64,000 bases of DNA. Source: Polyangiaceae bacterium. GTDB lineage: Bacteria; Myxococcota_A; Polyangia; Polyangiales; Polyangiaceae. The translations under genes were made by a program, and so were the position numbers. Below are positions 60,980 through 64,000 of the stretch, piece by piece (positions within the stretch are counted from its first letter, which is position 1; each line of letters opens with the position of its first letter). The notes under the pieces are model-generated. The model saw only the letters and a list, made by a program, of their open reading frames with translations. It searched no databases and was not told where the DNA came from. The DNA is taken from positions 96,001 to 160,000 of the forward strand of contig JBNKBE010000007.1 of the NCBI GenBank assembly GCA_050287085.1, read 5' to 3'.

Positions 60980-62995
60980 TTAGAGCGTCGCTTCGATTCC
61001 GATATTGGGGATCGGGAGCCAAGGAATCGAGTCGACAAAGCAGCCGCGCGCGGTGCAATCCAGGTCGTATTCTTCGTCCAGAGCGCTGGCGTTGAGGACT
61101 TCGAGCACGGCGGTGATGCTGCGCGCATCTCCTAGTTGCCACTGTTTCTCCACCCGGGCGTCGACTCGAAAGTATGGCCGCGTGCGGCGGCGCCCGCTGG
61201 TAGTCCGGTTCTTGCCACCCTGAAATGAACGCACGGCTTCGAGCACGCTTGGGTCTTCGCGCGCAAGGTCGAGCAGATCTCCGAGGTTTCCACTGCCCGC
61301 TTTGGGTGGTGCAATGACATCCGGCGGACGCCCCGTGTAGAAGACCGCGCGTCCGCCCATACGCCACCCGAGCGGAAGGCGGTAGCTTAGCGCGGCGTTC
61401 ATGACCAGCAATCGGTCCCATGCGGAGGCAGCGCTGTAGCGCCCAACGGAGCGGGTGGAGCGGAGTAGCGTTGCGCTCAGCAGGCCCCCCAGGGTGTGGT
61501 GGAAGCTGCGTCGCAGTAGGAACTCCAGCCCGATGCTACGTCCGCTCGTACGTGCTTCATGATCCAGATCTTTGGGTATGTTGGATAGGCCGAGAGCGTC
61601 GGTTGTATTGAAGTGCAGGGTGTGGAATGCGCTGGTCCGCGCGCGCAAGTTCCAGGGCAAGCTACGGTAGTAGGTGACGCTGTGCTGTACAGACTGCTGT
61701 AGGCCCTCATCGAGCGTAGAGAGCGCCAAGCCTGGAACGGGTATGACGAATGACGGTGGTTGGTGCGCAACGCCGAAGGCGTGTTCCAGCCCGCTGCTGG
61801 GAGTCAGCTCATAGCGGGCATTTAGGCGTGGTTCGAAAGCGGGACGAATGACACCACGACTCGTGTACACGTCCCCGCGGACGCCGGCCCGCAACTGAAA
61901 CGCACCCCAGCGACGGACCGCTTCGGTGTATGCTCCTGTCACGGCCTGACGCCGTGTTCCGAGCGCGCTTTTGTATTTTTCGGGACTGGCGTTCTTCTGC
62001 TCACCTACGGTTGCGATCCAGGGCGCAAGGGCCCGATAGGCATCGACTCGGATATCGAAGCCCGCGCCCCATTGCGTTTGGCCGAGGGGTTGCGAGTTGT
62101 CGACTCGTAGATTGATGGATTGCTGTCGTATCTTTCCGACGGAACCGCGGTCCGCGGTTTCGTCGAAGCCAAGTGTGGCCGCTATCGTGGTGGAACCGCC
62201 GTCGAGTCGTTCTTGGCTCCAGCGGAGATCTCCGCGATGAAACTCCGAGCTCAAGGCGGCATCGTTGCGTCCGAAGCGATCGTGAGAGCCAAATAGGAAC
62301 AAGCGCAAGGATTGGCCGCGCCCGAGATTCTGGTCGACGATTCCTTGGTAGTCCCAGTAGGACATCGTCACGTCGGGCAGTAGCGTTTTGACCAGGGGCT
62401 CGAATGCGAAGTAGCGTCCAGCGAGCAACGCAGTCGCTCCCGCCCCCAGCGGGGCTTCCACCTTGACGCCGGTGTCGACCGGCAAGAGTCGTGCGCTCTG
62501 GTGGTGCTCATCGCTGAGCTGCGCCAGCTTTCCTTCGATGACGCCACCTGAGTAGCGGCCAAAGCGGGCGGAATAACCTCCGGGGTGGAGGGTGGCCGTC
62601 TCGACCATTCCAGGCGCCAGGATGCTCGGTCCGACACCCATATGGTAGAGCTGGGGGATGGCGATCCCGTCGATCAGGTAGCCCGAGTTGCCGGGCGGAG
62701 CGCCTCGGATGAAGTAATAGGGCAGTCCCGTGACCATCGGCGTAACACCGGGCAAGACGTCGAGGGCGCGGAATGGGTCATTGAAAGCCCCCGCCAGAGC
62801 CCGCACTTCCTCGGCGCTCAGGCGATCGACGCTTTCTTCTGCTGGGGCGCTGACTACAACCTCAAAGGGCACGGTGGGTTCAAGCGCATCGCTCGTCTGT
62901 TCACCTCCTGAGCAGGGAGCTGCCCAACCCACACTGAGCCAGATGCAGGCGTGGGCCCAGTGGAGCCCACGGTACGTACGCGTAAGCATAAGCAT
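60980..62995 (-). CDS. TonB-dependent receptor
   Basis: Plug GAFNDPFRAL..LPGV, IRGAPPGN.GY.IDG..IPQLYH, GG..ARFGR..GG, EPRL, R.D.R.EK, P.IG...L terminus. Confidence 0.88.
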   Translation of the reverse strand: MLMLTRTYRGLHWAHACIWLSVGWAAPCSGGEQTSDALEPTVPFEVVVSAPAEESVDRLSAEEVRALAGAFNDPFRALDVLPGVTPMVTGLPYYFIRGAPPGNSGYLIDGIAIPQLYHMGVGPSILAPGMVETATLHPGGYSARFGRYSGGVIEGKLAQLSDEHHQSARLLPVDTGVKVEAPLGAGATALLAGRYFAFEPLVKTLLPDVTMSYWDYQGIVDQNLGRGQSLRLFLFGSHDRFGRNDAALSSEFHRGDLRWSQERLDGGSTTIAATLGFDETADRGSVGKIRQQSINLRVDNSQPLGQTQWGAGFDIRVDAYRALAPWIATVGEQKNASPEKYKSALGTRRQAVTGAYTEAVRRWGAFQLRAGVRGDVYTSRGVIRPAFEPRLNARYELTPSSGLEHAFGVAHQPPSFVIPVPGLALSTLDEGLQQSVQHSVTYYRSLPWNLRARTSAFHTLHFNTTDALGLSNIPKDLDHEARTSGRSIGLEFLLRRSFHHTLGGLLSATLLRSTRSVGRYSAASAWDRLLVMNAALSYRLPLGWRMGGRAVFYTGRPPDVIAPPKAGSGNLGDLLDLAREDPSVLEAVRSFQGGKNRTTSGRRRTRPYFRVDARVEKQWQLGDARSITAVLEVLNASALDEEYDLDCTARGCFVDSIPWLPIPNIGIEATL

Positions 62996-63111
62996 TTACC
63001 CCGCAGCCTATGCGTCCAGGGCCGCTTTGGGTAGCGCTTGTCGAGGCGGTGAGACGCCGCTCGAGGCAGCCGCGGACCTGCGGTCGAACCACGGCGGAGG
63101 AACCAGGAAGG

Positions 63112-63999
63112 CTAGATGCCGGCGTCTGTCATGGTGGTGTCGCTTGGAACGCCCGCATCGGTGCCGGCTGCCGGATCTGCCTTGGGTATGCACAGTCCCG
63201 GTGCTCCGAAAGCCGCTTCGAAGTCGGCCTTGTCAGCGGCGTCTTCCGGCATGCTACATTCCCAGGATTCGAGCACGCAGTCAGCGTCGGTTTCGCATAG
63301 CGGCAGGCAAACGCCCGGATCTCCTAGCACGGCGGGGTCAAACTGCGGAAGGCAGAGTGAGGGCCCCAGACCATTGGCTGAGTCATGGCAGCCCGTGCTG
63401 CCGGAGCTATTGAAGAACGTGCAGGTCGAACTGCAGATCCCGTCGCTTTCGTCCAGCGTGAGGCACCAACCTCCCGCGCAGTCTTCGGGAGCCGTGCAAG
63501 TTTCGCCGTCGGCCTTGCCATCCGGTTGCGTGTCGGTGCACAGCCCGAGGAGTTGGTTGCACACCTTGTCTTTGCCGCAAGCCTTGTCGTCTAGACAGCT
63601 CGGCAAACAGGCACCTGTGTTATCGCTGTCAAGGGGTAGACACCGCCGCTGGGAGTTTTGGCCGCACTTCGGCACGTTTTGACCGGCTTGGCACGCCTCC
63701 AGACAATAGCCGGGACCCCCCTCAACGGAGACGCAGGTCGTGCCGGTCTGGAATGCTGGACAGCTCTCGGGTTGGCCTTCACAGCGCAATGTACAAATGC
63801 CATCAGCTACTTGGCCTTCCCCGAAGAAGTCTGGGTCTTCGCGCAAGCACAGCAAGCCGGTCGAACACTCCTCGTCGGCGGCGCAGGGATCGCCAATCAG
63901 TTTGCCATCGGGCGTCGCTGGAGAAGCGCCTGCGCTCCCCGCGGCCTGACCGCCCGCCGAGGCTCCTCCTTGTGCATCCCCCGAGGCGCCTCCGCTCGT
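63112..63999 (-). CDS. Cys-rich secreted protein (5' end beyond the window)
   Basis: The frame stays open to the window end (TSGGASGDAQGG...IGDPCAADEECSTGLLC); many Cys pairs; TDAG tail. Confidence 0.8.
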   Translation of the reverse strand, partial: TSGGASGDAQGGASAGGQAAGSAGASPATPDGKLIGDPCAADEECSTGLLCLREDPDFFGEGQVADGICTLRCEGQPESCPAFQTGTTCVSVEGGPGYCLEACQAGQNVPKCGQNSQRRCLPLDSDNTGACLPSCLDDKACGKDKVCNQLLGLCTDTQPDGKADGETCTAPEDCAGGWCLTLDESDGICSSTCTFFNSSGSTGCHDSANGLGPSLCLPQFDPAVLGDPGVCLPLCETDADCVLESWECSMPEDAADKADFEAAFGAPGLCIPKADPAAGTDAGVPSDTTMTDAGI

Positions 64000-64000
64000 A

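Overview
GC-rich bacterial chromosome segment, most likely a myxobacterium (Myxococcota, Polyangiales-like). This rests on a MYXO-CTERM tail, TPR-PEGA and DUF4388/PATAN proteins, and Cys-rich lipoproteins with DAG-rich linkers. The centrepiece is a probable chromosomal replication origin (about 18,090-18,315) immediately upstream of dnaN-recF-gyrB. It has an AT-rich unwinding tract, DnaA-trio-like repeats, tandem DnaA boxes and an apparent GC-skew inversion, yet dnaA is absent from the window and a ccmF operon occupies its usual position. Left of the origin: manA (cut by the window edge, missing from the ORF track), a LysR remnant, a GH3 glycosidase, an orphan beta-class DNA methyltransferase coupled to tlyA, a CPBP protease, FAH, an FGE-domain protein, cinA and clpB. 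Right of it: ccmF with two CcmI-like accessory genes, an isolated pyrH, a PPIase and KamA pair, a GMC oxidoreductase, a UbiA-family protein, a YARHG/MYXO-CTERM protein, a 1355-aa Ig-repeat lipoprotein, an orphan TolC, an M50-TPR protease, a questin-oxidase-like protein and a GH13. Further right are a heme-c/copper monooxygenase cluster, a DUF2723-like membrane protein, a REC-DUF4388/RimI operon, DUF3160, a beta-helix lipoprotein, an AraC-hydrolase-barrel module, TPR-PEGA, a YheT-like hydrolase, a TonB-dependent receptor and a Cys-rich protein cut by the right edge. No rRNA, tRNA, CRISPR array, transposase or integrase was recognised. All family calls come from reading motifs by eye, not from database searches.
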